Made by a program: the position numbers and the translations under genes. From Lama guanicoe (lineage: Eukaryota), in NCBI GenBank assembly GCA_013239625.1, contig MU053652.1, positions 1,054,001-1,118,000 of the forward strand: 64,000 nucleotides of DNA, in the 5' to 3' direction. The notes beneath the pieces were generated by a model. That model was not told the origin of the DNA, made no database searches, and was given only the letters and a program-made list of their open reading frames with translations. Below are positions 34,378 through 47,900 of the stretch, piece after piece (positions within the stretch are counted from its first letter, which is position 1; each line of letters begins with the position of its first letter).

Positions 34378-37300
34378 AGTGCTGCTCATTAGAAGTATAA
34401 TGCTGGTCACATATATAATTTAAAATTTTCTACACATGGAAGCTAAACAATATGCTACCAAACAACCAATGGACCACTGAAGAAATCAAAGAGAAAGTAA
34501 AAAAATATCTAGAGACAAATGAAAATGAAACCACAACAATTCAAAAACCTATGAGATGCAGCAACAGCAGTTCTAAGAGGGAAGTTTACAGCAATAAAAA
34601 TTTACCTCAGGAAACAAGAAAAATCTCAAATAAACATCCTAACCTTGCACCTGAAGGAACTAGAGAAAGAAGAACAACAAAACAAAACAAAAACAAACAA
34701 ACAAACACGAAATAAGTAGAAGGAAAGAAATAAAGATCAGAACAGAAATAAATGAAATTGAGACTAAGAAAACAATAGAAAAGGTCAATGAAACTAAAAG
34801 CTGGTTCTTTAAAAACATAAACAAATTTGATAAACATTTAGCCAGAGTCATCAGGAAAAAAAAGGAAAAGGGTCTAAATCAATAGAATCAGAAATGAAAA
34901 AGAACTTATAACCAACCCCACAGAAATACAAAGAATCATGAGACTACTATGAACAACTATATGCCAATAAAATGGATGATCTAGAAGAAATGGACAAATT
35001 CTTAGAAAGGAACACTCTCCCAAGACTGAATCAGGAGGAAATAGAAAATATGAACAGACTAATTACTGGTATTGAAATTGAATTGGTAATTAAAAATTCC
35101 CAACAAACAAAAGTCAAGGACCAGAAGGCTTCACAGGTGAATTCTACCAAATATTTAGAGAAGAGTTAAAGCTATCCTTCCAAAACTATTTTTAAAAAAA
35201 ATTACAGAGGAAGGAACACTTCCAAATTCATTCTATGAGGCCAGCTCACCCTGATACCAAAACCAAAGAAATCACAAAAAAGAAAATTACAGGCTGACAT
35301 TACTGATAAAAATAGATGCAAAAATCCTGAACGGAATACTAGCACACTGAATCCAACAATACATCAAAAGGATTATATACTATGATCAAGTGAGATTTCT
35401 CCCAGGAATACAAGAATTTTTCAATATCTGCAAATCAATCAGTGTGATACACCACATTAACAAGCTGAAGAATAAAAACCATATGATCATTTCAATAGAT
35501 AAAGAAAAAGCTTTTGCTAAAACTCAACATCCATTTATGGTGGGAAAAAAAAAAACCTCTCCAGAAAGGGGACATAGAAGGAACATACCTCAACACAATA
35601 AAGGCCATATATGACAAACCCACAGCTAACATCATATTCAACAGTGAGAAGCTGAGAGCATTTCTACCAAGATCTGGAACAAGACAAAGATGTCCACTCT
35701 CACCACTTTTATTCAACATAGCTTTGGAATTCCTAGCCACAATAAGAAGAGAAGAAAAAAAATACAAGTTGGAAAAGAAGAGGTAAAACTGTCACTGTTT
35801 GCAGATGACTTGATATTATACATAGAAAATCCTAAAGATGCTCAGAAAACTACTAGAGCTCATCAAGGAATTCAGTAAAGTTGCAGGGTACAAAATTAAT
35901 ATATAGAAATCTGTTGCATTTCTATACACTAACAATAAAATATCAGAAAGAGAAATTAAAGAAACAATCCCATTTACCATTAGGTCAAAGAGAATAAAAT
36001 ACCTAGGAATAAACCTACCTAAGGAGGCAAAAGACTTGTACTCTGAAAACTACAAGACACTGATGAAAGAAATTAAAGATCACACAAACAGATGGAAAGA
36101 TATACTGTGTTCCTGGACTAGAAGAATCTATATTCTTAAAATGACCATACTACACAAAGCAATCTACAGATTCAATGTAACCCCTATCAAATTACCAATG
36201 GCTTTTTTCACAGAACTAGAACAAATGATTTTTAAAATTTGTATGGGAACACAAAGTACCCAGAATAGCCAAAACAAGCTTGAGAAAGAAAGACAGCTGA
36301 AAGAATCATGCTCCCTGACTTCAGACTATACTACAAAGCTACAGTAATCAAAACAGTATGGTACTGGCACAAAAACAGGCATATAGATCAACGGAACAAG
36401 ATAGAAAGTCCATAAATAAACCCATGCACTTATGGTCAATTAATCTATAATAAAGGAGGCAAGAATATACATCAGTGAAAAGATGGTCCCTTCAAAGTGG
36501 TGCTGGGAAAACTGGACAGCGACCTGTAAAAGGATGAAGTTAGAACATTCTCTAAGACCATATACAAAAATTAACTCAAAATGGATTAAAGACCTAAATG
36601 GATATAAGACTAGATACTATAATACTCCTAGAGGAGGACATAGGCAGACCATTCTTTGACATAAATCACAACAGTACTTTTTGGATCTGTCTCCTAAGGT
36701 AAAAGAAAGGAAAGCCAAAAATAAACAAATGAGGCCTAATTAAACTGAAAAGCTTTTGCACATTGACAAAACAAAAAGATAACCTACTGAATGGGAGAAA
36801 TATTTGCAAATGATATGACTGATAAAAGATTAATATCCAACACATATAAACACCTCAAACAACTCAACATCAATAAACCAAACAACCCAATTAAAAAATG
36901 AGCAGAAGAACTGAAAAGATATTTTTCCAAAGGGGAAATGCAGATAGCCAACAGGCACATGAAAAGATGTTCAGTTTTGCCATTTGCAGCAACATGGATG
37001 GACTTGGACGTTACTATGTTAAGTAAAATAAGTCAGACAGAAGAAGACAAATACTGTATGATATCATTTATATGTGAAATCTAAAAAATACAACAAACTA
37101 GTGAATATAACAAAAAAGAAGCAGACTCACAGATATAGAGAACAAATTAGTGGTTACCAGTGGAGAGAGGGGAGGGAGGAGGAGCAACATAGGGGTAGGG
37201 CAGTAAGAGGTACAAACTATTAGGTATAAAATAAGTTATAAGGATATATTGTATAACATGGAGAATATAGCCATATATTATATTAACCACAATAGTACAT

Positions 37301-37715
37301 AGCTTTAAAAAATTGTGAATCTCTGTATTGTACATCTATAGTTTATATAATATTACAGAGCAATTATACTTCAATTCAAAAAAAAAAATCACAAAAATAT
37401 TTTCAAAAATCCTTAAGGTAAAATAAAATAAAATTTTCTGGTTGTCACGTTTTAAAAGTTTGAAGAAAAAAAAGGAAAAAGCATTTAAATAATTATATTT
37501 TATTTACTTTATTTCCTCTAATGTAGCCAAAATATTATCATTTCAATATATAATCAATATTTTTAAATTATTGAGATATTTCACATTATTCTCTTTGTAC
37601 TAAGTCAGCAAGATCCAGTGTGAATTTTACCCTTATAACATATTTCAATTCAGACAGGCCACATTTCAAACACTGAATAGCCGTGTGTAACTAGTAGCTA
37701 CCTTATTGGACAGTT
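34378..37715. mobile_element. MER33 hAT MITE split by a 3-kb L1
   Basis: 5' part 34378-34431 and 3' part 37429-37715 (gccacatttcaa..gctaccttattggacag). Confidence 0.85.
34432..37428 (+). mobile_element. 5'-truncated LINE-1 (~3 kb; decayed ORF2 RT region and 3' UTR)
   Basis: ORF2 fragments [26 protein letters not shown] and [13 protein letters not shown] taaaattttct at 34421-34431 and 37429-37439. Confidence 0.97.
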
Positions 37716-37835
37716 TGGCCTCCACCTATACAACTTCCTCTTTTGTAAAAGAGAAATAATAATTTGCCTGTCAAGGTTGTCTTAAGCAGTACATGAGATC
37801 ATTTATCTAAAAATGTTCTTGAATAAACATAATGA

Positions 37836-38318
37836 GTGGGGTAACCTGAATAATGGACACTCCCAAAGATCATCCTAATTCCTGGAACCTGTGAAAAAGT
37901 TACCTTCCACTGAGAAAGGGCCTTTGAAGGTGCGATTAACTTAACGATCCTGAGAAGGGAAGATTATCCTGTACTATCTGGGCAGGCCTGAGACAGTCAC
38001 CAGTGTCCTTTACAAGAGCTTGGAGGCCCCAGATGAGAGTGAGCAGTAGATGTGATGACAGAAGCAAGAGGTTGGAGCGATTGAGGAAGGCGTCTGGAGC
38101 CAAGCAATGTGTACGACCTCTAGAAGCTGAACAAGACAAGGAAATAATTCTCCCCTCAGAACCTCCGGGGGCAACCAGCCCTGCCGACACCTTGACTTTA
38201 GCCCAGTGAGACTGATTTTGCACTCTTGACCTCCAGAACTGTAAGATAAAAAACTGATGTTGTTCTAAGCCATCAAGTCTGTGGCACTTTGTTACAGCAG
38301 TGATACAAAACAAATGCA
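37836..38318 (+). mobile_element. MaLR LTR (MLT1C/D-like), near full length
   Basis: gaataatgg..cccaaagat..tttgttacagcag. Confidence 0.88.
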
Positions 38319-38522
38319 ATGTAAATGTAAATGAAGTGTGTCCTTGTCGTCATGTGTTAATACGTCATCTTGTAAAAGACCACCTTGGGCTTGGCCAGAA
38401 TTGGAGCTTTAACTGTGGGAGGTGGAGGGGCTGACTAGGTGTGGGTGTTGGCTCTTGCCAGACGGAGGGGTCATTCCCTAATCCCACTCTCCTCTCTTTG
38501 CCTTCAGAAACAAAAGAGGCCA

Positions 38523-38632
38523 AGGCCAGCATCACCCTGATACCAAAACCAAAGAAATCACAGAAAAAGAAAATTACAGACTGATAGCACTGATAAAAAT
38601 AGACGCAAAAAACCTGAACCAAATACTAGCAC
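38523..38632 (+). mobile_element. Isolated 110-bp internal L1 ORF2 fragment, apparently copied from 35238-35345
   Basis: About 10 differences from the local L1 over 110 nt, with shared disabling changes. Confidence 0.85.
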
Positions 38633-39199
38633 TGGAAAATATATTAGATCCTATCCCTTACCCTCTGAGTATAAAAGACATAGAGGTACGTGTTGTAGAC
38701 TAGTCCTGCAGCCTAAGGCCAGGCCGCAGAGCAGGACATTTGGGTCCCTGAGAGAAGACACCACAAAAGAGGAGGACATCTGGGCTGGTGGCTAGACTTA
38801 GCATGCATGGTTTCACTATCAGAGAATAGCGCTGGTTTGGAGCAGAGCCCGTGGACTAAAACTTCTCACCCAGCCTTCCCGGGACTCTGAGACGTCCATG
38901 ATGAAATGGCTAAACTCAAAGAGCTGTACCTGTCTGAGGTCCAGGCAGTCATGTGGCTGGCTGCCTCCCCTGGCATTCCATTTGGCCTGATGGCAGGGAA
39001 CAGAGATGGAGACTCCAGGCCAGCAGGAGAGCCAGCAGGTCCCATTGCTGTTGATTGGCTGGCTGGCCTCAAGGGCAAATGACTTCCCCTCTCCCGGCTG
39101 CCATCAGCAGGCGAGCGCTGACGGGGCCTCCCAGGAGGAACTGCATGGTTCTTGAGGTCCGGCAAGTGGGATTCAGCAATGTGGTAATCTGGGGTATTC

Positions 39200-39292
39200 T
39201 TCCTTCCTTCTTCTAATAGTGGTACTGGGGATTGAACCCAGGACCTCATGCATGCTAAGCACGTTCTCTACCACTTAGCTATTACCCTCCCA
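39200..39292 (-). mobile_element. tRNA-derived camelid SINE
   Basis: ggtactggggattgaacccaggacctcatgcatgctaagc. Confidence 0.92.
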
Positions 39293-42200
39293 CTAATCTA
39301 GAGTCTTAACGAAAAACAAAGCATCTAATTTTTTATCGTAAGATTGTGGGTTTGCGATATTTGGGTTAGTTTGGGGAGATTTTCAGTCCTACATTTGTGT
39401 CAAGAACTGAGAAGTGACTATGTGTTAAGTGATTTGATGGGTTTAGTGTGTCTAAAAAGCAGAGATTATACAGTGTCCATCAACAACAGTGCTTAAAATG
39501 CAGCCTTTCCTGGAGAAATTGTTCTTGTCTTATTAAGGAAGATTCACTTGAGCGGACCACCAGATTTTGCATTTAAGAGGGGCCCCCTGTGGTGTGAGAA
39601 GGTGGCAAGACTGCTCACGGACAATGCTTCTTAGTATAAGGGCTTCTCTCTGAGAAAGGGCAGAGAGGTTGACAGAGAAGCAAGACAGCTCTAGAAGGGA
39701 AGGAAACACAGGGGAAGGGTGTGTGCTGTTAAGCTGGCTCCCTTACTGTGGCTGTCACCACCATTCCCACTCTCTCCAGGGATTAAGCCTTCAGTGTCCA
39801 CTGGTACTTTGAAGTATCAGGGTGAACTTCCTGAGTGAAAGCCTCGACTTTTTGCGGACAAGCCTATGGGAAAGTTTTTCTGTGGGACAAATCATAATGG
39901 AGAAAGAAAAAGAAGCGTGAATATTTTCGCACCCGAGTTTGCGGAGCAAACAGATACACAACTGATACAAATAATGCTTTACTTCCTGAAGCATTCAGCA
40001 CTCTCTCAGTAAGACAGTCAGTGTCACTGTTTCACTCCTGCTCAGACACTGCCCAGTCTTGTCACCTAAAACCTCAAACGGGGTCGTCCTAGGAGAAGAG
40101 GTGGGGAAATGCTCATATAACCCTTTGACTGCCATCTTCTGCAAACAGCACTCCAGACAAGCATCACTGGGTTCGTCTGACATTTGCCAAATTTCTGCAT
40201 AAGTAACCGTTACCCGAATCTCTAGCAGCTGGGAAATAAGTAAGATTTAATAGGTTCAGACTGATAAGGTGGTCAATCCGGCTGACTTTGTTTGGAAACA
40301 AGATTAGATACCCTTCTAGGAGCTGTGAGAGTGCAAGTATGTGCTAAACGTGGCACTGAAAACCCAGCAGACACGGCTCTGGGCTCCGCAGAGGTGTCAG
40401 GGGAACGAGATTTCCTCGGCGCACGACTGTAGGACATTTTAACACCCTCTGTCTCTGGGGATGAAAGACTGTCATCCTGTTTGGTCTCAAGTCTTTCTGT
40501 GTGCTCCTTTAATACTCAGTTTTATTCAGAGGAAATGATACATGGTAATTTTTAGAGGGAGCCCTCACTGGAAGAGGTCAGGTTGGAAAAATGAATTGCT
40601 CCAGGCTGCGGGTGTTCTTATTAAGGAGAAAAAGTGTATGCAGAGGAAGACAAAGACCAGCTTCAAGATGCAGGGATGCTTAGAGCAGACTGGTAAAGAG
40701 ACTCAAAAAATCTTAACTGCAGGTAGGGAAACGGACCTCTCACAGTGCTGACCTGTAAGCGGGGCGGGGTTATAAATCTCTCTTTGCAGCAGCAGCCCTG
40801 AGTTCAGGGTTCGTGGTGCAATTAGGAAGTTCTAAATATGAAGGGAAAGAAATCGAAGTACCAGGAGGAAGAAGGAGAGGGAAGGAGAAGAGAATTGGTA
40901 ACAGACAAGGCCAACAAGAGGATGGGTTTCCATCTATTTCCTCTAAGATGTCTTTCAACAGTTCCCTGATATCTCAGGTTAACAGTTCAAAGCAGCCCCA
41001 GACCTCAATAGCCGAGCTAAGCTATGCATCCTGGCTCCAGTCACCTAGCTAGGCAGGTGCTTTCCACCCTCAGGAGAGTGCCCTGGCTTGTTGCAGCAGG
41101 GACGGTGGCAAAGACAGTAAGAGTCAGAGTTTTGGGAAGCTTCCCAGCACTCTTTAGGTCTCTGGTGTCCCAAGATTGACAAGAAAAATGGCTGTGCTCG
41201 TGGCGTGGTGGTGAGGCAGAGGCTGGGACATTGAGCACAGCCAGTCAGGGCCACTTGTAATTCAGGTGGTCAAGCCACAAGTTTCAGGGACAAAGCTGAA
41301 GGTGTCTGTTAGCAATGAACAGTCAGGAAAGACATAAGGCATGCAGAGCAGGCTGTGCAGAGAATACTGGCAAGTTTGTCCTGGTGACAGTGACAAGTGT
41401 GGGGCATGGAAATAATTCTTTGTTCAGCTGTGACATGATGCAACCCACCCCAGACCCCTTGGATTTCAGCTTCCTTAAAACTCTAGATCTTGTCTCTCGC
41501 TAAGAGCTAGATGCTATATTGGGTTGGTTGATGGGCTGAGACCCATCAGTTTCAATATCCTCCGATTATGGCAAAATCGTTGAGAGGCTCCGCTGACTGA
41601 TGGGCTATTCTTTTTCTCCTCCATCATCACAGCATGTCGACTATGCGCTTGCCGTAATTAACTAACTTAATGTTAATAGCAAACATCAATGATGTATATC
41701 AGCCCTCAAAACTCACTGAGATCTTAGGAAGGGAAAAAAGAGACTACTTTATTCCCCCCTTGCTTAACACAATCCCCTGGGGAAATCAGAAGCTGAGGAA
41801 ATTTCCAGCGATGAAATTAAAAACTATTCCCTTAGTGGATTAAGTCAAATAATAGGGAACAATGATGGCTGTAACCACTCTAAGGAACATTTTAGTGTCA
41901 TTTCAGAGTTGACAATGCTGGCACACAATTGGCCTTCAATAAATGTTGAAAGAAAAAGAGAGAGGGAAAGAAAGAGATTGAGAAAGCAGGGGTGGATGTC
42001 GGGGAGGGCGGGGAAAAGGGACATGGAAAAGAAGGATTGCTGAAGGAAGCTAATGCAGAGAGACTGAAGATATAAACAAATAGGTATGCTGCAAAGGTAC
42101 TTAACTGCTTACAAAAACTTTTGACATGGCAATAGTTACACTGACATACAACTAGCAGTCAAAGGGACCCTGTAAATATTTTATTACAGTGGGAGGAGTC

Positions 42201-43324
42201 CCCCAGTATTGCTTACAGCTATGATACTGTGTACTATCTGGAATTGGAATAAGTAAGGCTTATACGTCAGGTAAAGATAAAACCTACTAGGAGAAGCTTT
42301 CTCCTGAAACCCTTGGGTCAAAGCGAGAAAACTATAGTACCCCATATTCTCAGTCTCTTAAAAATACATATATATAGTTCTAAATTAAAAGATTCAGTTG
42401 TGGAAATCAGGGCTCACTTAAGACCATGCCTGTGATTAAATTAAAGCTGTCTATAACACTTGAGAAACCTATCTTTCCAATTTGGGAGCTGCGTTTTAAC
42501 ACAGTGTTGACATGCGCTTTGTCCTGGTCCATAGAGTTTTAGTTTGGGGCTTGTGTTAGGATTATACACACCTTCATCATTCTGCCAGAAATTCTAAGGG
42601 AAGGATATGACCTTATTCTGTAGATTTTAATCAAGACCCAATTAAATATAAAATGATTAATGATGACAATCTCCAGCTTCCTCTTTTGAACTCACTTGAG
42701 GAAGAGAAGCATGAAAAAAAATTGAAAATGGAATATAAAGACATTGGACCAAAGGAAGGGGAAGGTGGGAAGAGGGAAATAATTTTCCAAGGAAGGCCTC
42801 AAGAGGCAAAAATGAAAAGAAATTCCAAGAAAAGTCACTGATTAAATGGCCAGAATACCAACCCAGAAGACGGCTGGCATGACAGCAACAGAAACACCCA
42901 TCCCCATCCCCCAGAGAGGCAAAGCTCTTGCATCTCAAGGGTGAAGTCTTATGTCCAAAGCCAACTGCCTTTACTCTCTCCAGTACTTTTTCTCAACCAC
43001 AACTTCCTATAATATAGACTCCACCCTCCAGGACAGGGACCTGAGCAAACTGGGCAGGAAGTCACTGCCAGGGCTCATTCAGCCCAACCCGCATCCACAA
43101 ACCAGCGAGGTTCCAACAGGGGCTTCCAGTTTTCTTCCCAGCAACACCTTTCTCTTGCCAGTTCTGTGTATATCCTTAGACACTGTCTCTCTCTCCTTTT
43201 ATTCTGTATTAACCAACTCTCTGTCTCTTTTTCTCTCTCTTAATTTTTAAAGCTTTGTATTCTATGATGTCCTAGTCTATTAGCTGTGGATTATAATTTG
43301 AGTATAAAGAAACAAATCAAGATT

Positions 43325-43720
43325 TTTTGGTGGTTGTCACAAGTGACAGACATCTAACTCAAACTGACTTTAGCACAAAAGCTACTTACCTGTTCTCATG
43401 ATGGAGAAGTCCAGATCTGCAGGTATGGCTGGGTCCAGGGACTTGGCTCACATCATATCATTAGAACTTAGTTTTCTTCTTCTTTCTCATCTGTATTAAC
43501 ATCATTTTCAAGCTGTTCCTCATATATGGGAGCTCCCAGCAGCTTCAGGCATCTATCTTCCTTATACTGATGGCTAGAAATATCTGCAAGAGCTTATTTT
43601 TCCCTATAATTCCAGTGACAGTCCCAGGATGGAATTGCATACCCATCACTGAACTAATCGGTGTCATCAACAAATGGAAAATGGCCATACTTGGGTCACA
43701 TGCAAATTTCTGGACCTGCT
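43325..43720 (-). mobile_element. Old MaLR LTR (MLT1K-like)
   Basis: caagtgacagacatctaactcaaactgacttt..caggtatggctgggtccagg. Confidence 0.6.
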
Positions 43721-44599
43721 GTAGGGTGTCAGTCCCACAGAACTACCCAGGCCAGGAGTGGTGCTGGGACATGAAGAAAGGGGATGATATCTACCCTTTC
43801 TCCTCCTTTTCTTTTTCTCTCCATTCCTGGAAACTTAACAAGCTCCTTTGTTGTCCTTTTCAGCAGTGACTTCTCCTGCCTCCAATTCCAATCGGAAAAT
43901 GAATTTCTCAGCTACTTACGTTGCTAACTGATGTTCTTCTCATCCTCTGCCCACCTTTCTCTTCTCTCAGGCTTTCAAACCAAGTGAAAACATTCCCCCC
44001 AGCATTTGCTGTCTGCTCTCAAGTCTGTCTAGACGACTTGCCTCTGCTCAGGTAAATTTCTCTTTGCTGAATACATCTGCTTGCCTCCAAATATCACACC
44101 ATTCTGCTGCCTGGGCCCAGGCCTCTTAATGCTTCCCTTTGCCCCATTCTATCAGCATCTGTGAGCTTCGGGGCCTCAGGGGTCTTCAGCCTGCCAAATA
44201 GTGCTGACCTTAACCTATAGTAACACAATTATTTGTTGAACTATTGACCAAAAAGACACAGTGTTTTTAAAATCCACAGGAAATTGGAGGATGGTGGGTC
44301 ACTGACTATAATAAGGGGTTGTAAGAATTGCAAAATTATTACATTGGGTAAACATATGGAATTATTTTGCTTTGAGTTCCAAGGGTTAGTAATTTGGTGG
44401 TGTGATAAGTATCCTGGGCGCTTATAGGGAAAATGCTGAATTTACAGGCGGGGCTTTCCTTCACAAAACACCTAATGCTGAGGTTGCAGATTCAAATGCC
44501 TGCAGAAGCCTGACAGGTTGACTGAGAACGGAACTGGATCTCAGGCAGTAGAGAGGGATGGGGACGACTGGGTGAAGGGAAACACGCATAACTCTACTG

Positions 44600-44741
44600 A
44601 TAGTGGTGTGTAGGGATTGAGAGCAGAGATTCTGGAACCAGACAGTCTGAGTTCAAATCCTGGTTCTAACATTTCTCACCTATGTGATCATGGTCTCAAT
44701 ATTTGGCTTCTCTGTGCCTCAGTTCCCTTATCTGTAAAATG
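44600..44741 (+). mobile_element. MIR (resumes at about 45220-45310)
   Basis: gagttcaaatcctggttc..tctctgtgcctcagttcccttatctgtaaaatgg. Confidence 0.85.
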
Positions 44742-44975
44742 GACATTTGAGTTGTTTCCACCATTGGAGTATTGTAAATAATGCTGCTATGAACATCGCA
44801 GCATAAGTATCTGAATCCCTGTATTCAGTTCTTTGGGGTACACACCTAGGAGTGGAATTGCTGGGTTATATGGTAATTCTGTGATTAACTTTTTAAAGAA
44901 CTACCAAACTATTTGCCACATCTGCTGCATCATTTTACATTCCTATCAGCAATGGAAGCAGATTCCAATTTCTCC
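44740..44975 (-). mobile_element. L1 fragment
   Basis: ggacatttgagttgtttcca..aggagtggaattgctggg. Confidence 0.85.
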
Positions 44976-47900
44976 ATGGAAATTTAACCAAATTTCTGCC
45001 ATTAAATTAAAGGGCACACTTCACATGTGAGTGCCCTCACTCCCCATTTCATGTTTCTGGGAGAGAGAATTCAATGGGCATGGCTTAGGATGGGTCGGGG
45101 CGCCCCTGTATCAGTGGAAAATGGGAGGGGGGTGTTGGGACAATGTGACATAGATGAGGTCACATTGGGGAGACATTGTGTGAACTGAGGCAGTCAACCC
45201 AGGAGTTTTGTGCAATATTCTGGGGATAATAATACTAAATACAGTGTGAGGATTAAATGGGATAATGCATAGCAAGTTTTTCGTAATTGCCCGGCACTGG
45301 ACGACTAAGGCTAGTGGCAGTGGTCATGGCGGCGGCAGCGGTCTGAGAGTGGGGAAAAGGATGCTCTGTGGGCAGGCACAGCTCTTCTCTGTCAAGTGTC
45401 AAGTACACCTCGCTTTCCTATTACAAAGGAAACTCTCTGTTGTAGATTTATAAGTCTTGAATTTATCCAAAGCAATTTTTCAACCTATTTCTACATTCAG
45501 CCTATATTGCCTTCAGGGGCGACATATTTCATTTCTTTACTACCTGCTTTGTTGCATAGCAATTTGTTGTATTTGTCCTAAAACCACCCCTTTCAAGCTT
45601 CTGAAACAGCTTCTTGGTTCTACCTCAGTGGCCCCTGAGACTTTCCCCACAAGGACCCGTTCATATTTCTGAATTCAAGTGAACAGGAACACTTGCACAG
45701 GCCCTGAGCTTTCTTCCGAGCTGCGTTCTAAATCACCTATTCTCTTTACATATCTTCACAGATCAGCTGATAGCCTTTTAAGCTTTATTGAAGTGTCAGA
45801 GTAAAATCATTTCTTTACAGCATGCACATGAGTTGATACTTACGAAAAGGACCAAACCGAGATGCTGAATGTCTACTTGGTGGGTAGATCTTTTTCCCAT
45901 TACTTATCATCCAGCACAGGTGATCCAAACTCATGCCTCAGTGAAATGACAAATTTACCTTCCCTGCCTGTGAAGTTACTGTGATCACAAACCAAAATTC
46001 ATGATTGCAAAAGTCTACTGACCCAGAATTTTGTGAACACATGCTTTTTCACCCTCCTTATTCCTTTTATGATTAAGGGTACAATTAGGGACATCAGAAA
46101 AGGACTGTTCTCTATGAAAACTACAGAGATCCGACTCATGCTCTTCCATGAGCTCCACCAACTGAGTGAATCGCGTTAACTCAAACCCTGAGAACTACTA
46201 ACCACGATGTGAGTCCTGTGAGACAACTGTGTATCTTCCCCGTATACAGTCACCTCCCAATTATCTGCACAAATGCAGGGGAGCGGTGGTGCAGATAATT
46301 CAAAACAGCAAACAGTCCAAATGCCATTTCTGCTTGACTTGAGAATACATTATGCAAATTTTGACAGCAAATTTACTTTCTTTATTACATTTTGCTTGGA
46401 TTCCTATTAAAAAATTGTTTGCATTCTCTATGAGTGTGTGCGTGTGGCGGGGGGAGGTGGTAGGAACGGCACCCCTGGAGTTCAAGAGAATCATAAAACC
46501 TTGACACTCAAAGGAGCCTTAGAAATCCTAATGCAACTTCCTCCTTCATTTATTTAGAAGCAGCAGCCAAGGCCCAGAGAGGTTATGGGACTTATGTGAG
46601 ATCCCAAAGTAAACCGACAGCAGAGTAGGAAATGGACTTACCTCTGACTCCCTCCTTCCAAGGGGAGAAACACACACTATTGAACCAGAAGCCCGACTGA
46701 GCGCCCCGTCCTGTCAGGACGAACCCAAACACAGAAGCAACCTCATGAGCGCTTCCAAAGGGTGAAGCCAATAGCATTCTCCCCTCTGGAGGCGTAAAAC
46801 TTCTTAAAGAGGCTGAATCGGGAGGCTCCACCTCCCTGTGGACTAAATAACACGTTTTCCCAAGGCAGCTGATAGCCCTGGTGGGCTCTGAGCCTCCTTA
46901 CGACATGCTGCCGAGATCTGAACTGCTTGGCATCCGCCAAGACCTCTCAAGGAGGGTCACCTGTCTTCCGTGTGAGTAGGGAGCAGGTTGCTGCTGGGAG
47001 GACACGAACACTGGGATGAGCGGATCTGTGCCGCGGGGAGTGCAGCGAGGGAGAGCACAGGTGAGCGCTGTGTTTGGATCAGCATATGTCAGCCTATTGG
47101 GTAACCGGGGGCTTGGCTGCCAATGAGTTAGGCTGACCTTGAAATGACAGCTAAAGAGCAAACACGAAGCAGATAGGCAGGGCTCCACCTCTGGCTAACC
47201 TCCCCAAGAAGTACAGCAGGGAGTATTCAGAAAAGGCATCCAGAAGATCAGCCAGCCAGCCAGCCAGCCAGCAAACAGCAGCTCAGGTGCCTCTGGGGAG
47301 GCGGGCAGCTGCAGGGGGCTGTGACGAGCTGTGCTGGGTTGCCACACAGCAGGGCATTGACGTTCAAAGCAACTGATGTCTGTTCCAAGGGTCATTATCA
47401 GCTAATGGCCCTTTGTAGCTTGGAACTGACTGGCAGAGGTTCTTTGAGCTTCCCTGGGTGGGCAGGTGCTCTCAGTGCCTTGGGTCCTCCTGGAGCAATT
47501 CAGCAGAAGGTGCTGGAGCGCCTGGTGGTGCTCAGAGGCTGGCATGGCATCGGAGGCTGGCTTCAAATGGAAATGGAACCAGAGATTAAGGAGAGGCTCT
47601 GGGCAGGGACACAGGCAGGGTTTGCTTGGGCCTCCGGTCTGGTAAGTCAGAGCTATCAACACCACTCGCTTGTCCTGTGCATTTTTATTTTCTGCCAAGA
47701 ATGAAGGCAAATATTTACCTTTGAATGCAGAATAATGTCTGAAGCTACTGACTGGGTGAAAGTTCTTCCTTTTAATCAGAGATGGATTTTACTAATGTTT
47801 TATTAATTCTTTCCAGGCAAAGCCTTTTTCTCTGCTTGTAGCAACATCTGCTTAGAATTGCTAGGGCTTTCAATAATAGCAATGTTATAATACAATAGGT

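Noticed and set aside
34452..36347. Cluster of ORFs with reverse-transcriptase motifs as a functional gene
   Set aside because: Frameshifted fragments of a 5'-truncated L1 ORF2.
46247..46320. Perfect 12-bp inverted repeat (46259-46270 / 46289-46300) as an RNA hairpin
   Set aside because: Begins ta-cagtcacctccc, like a Tigger-type terminal repeat; best explained as a DNA-transposon remnant.
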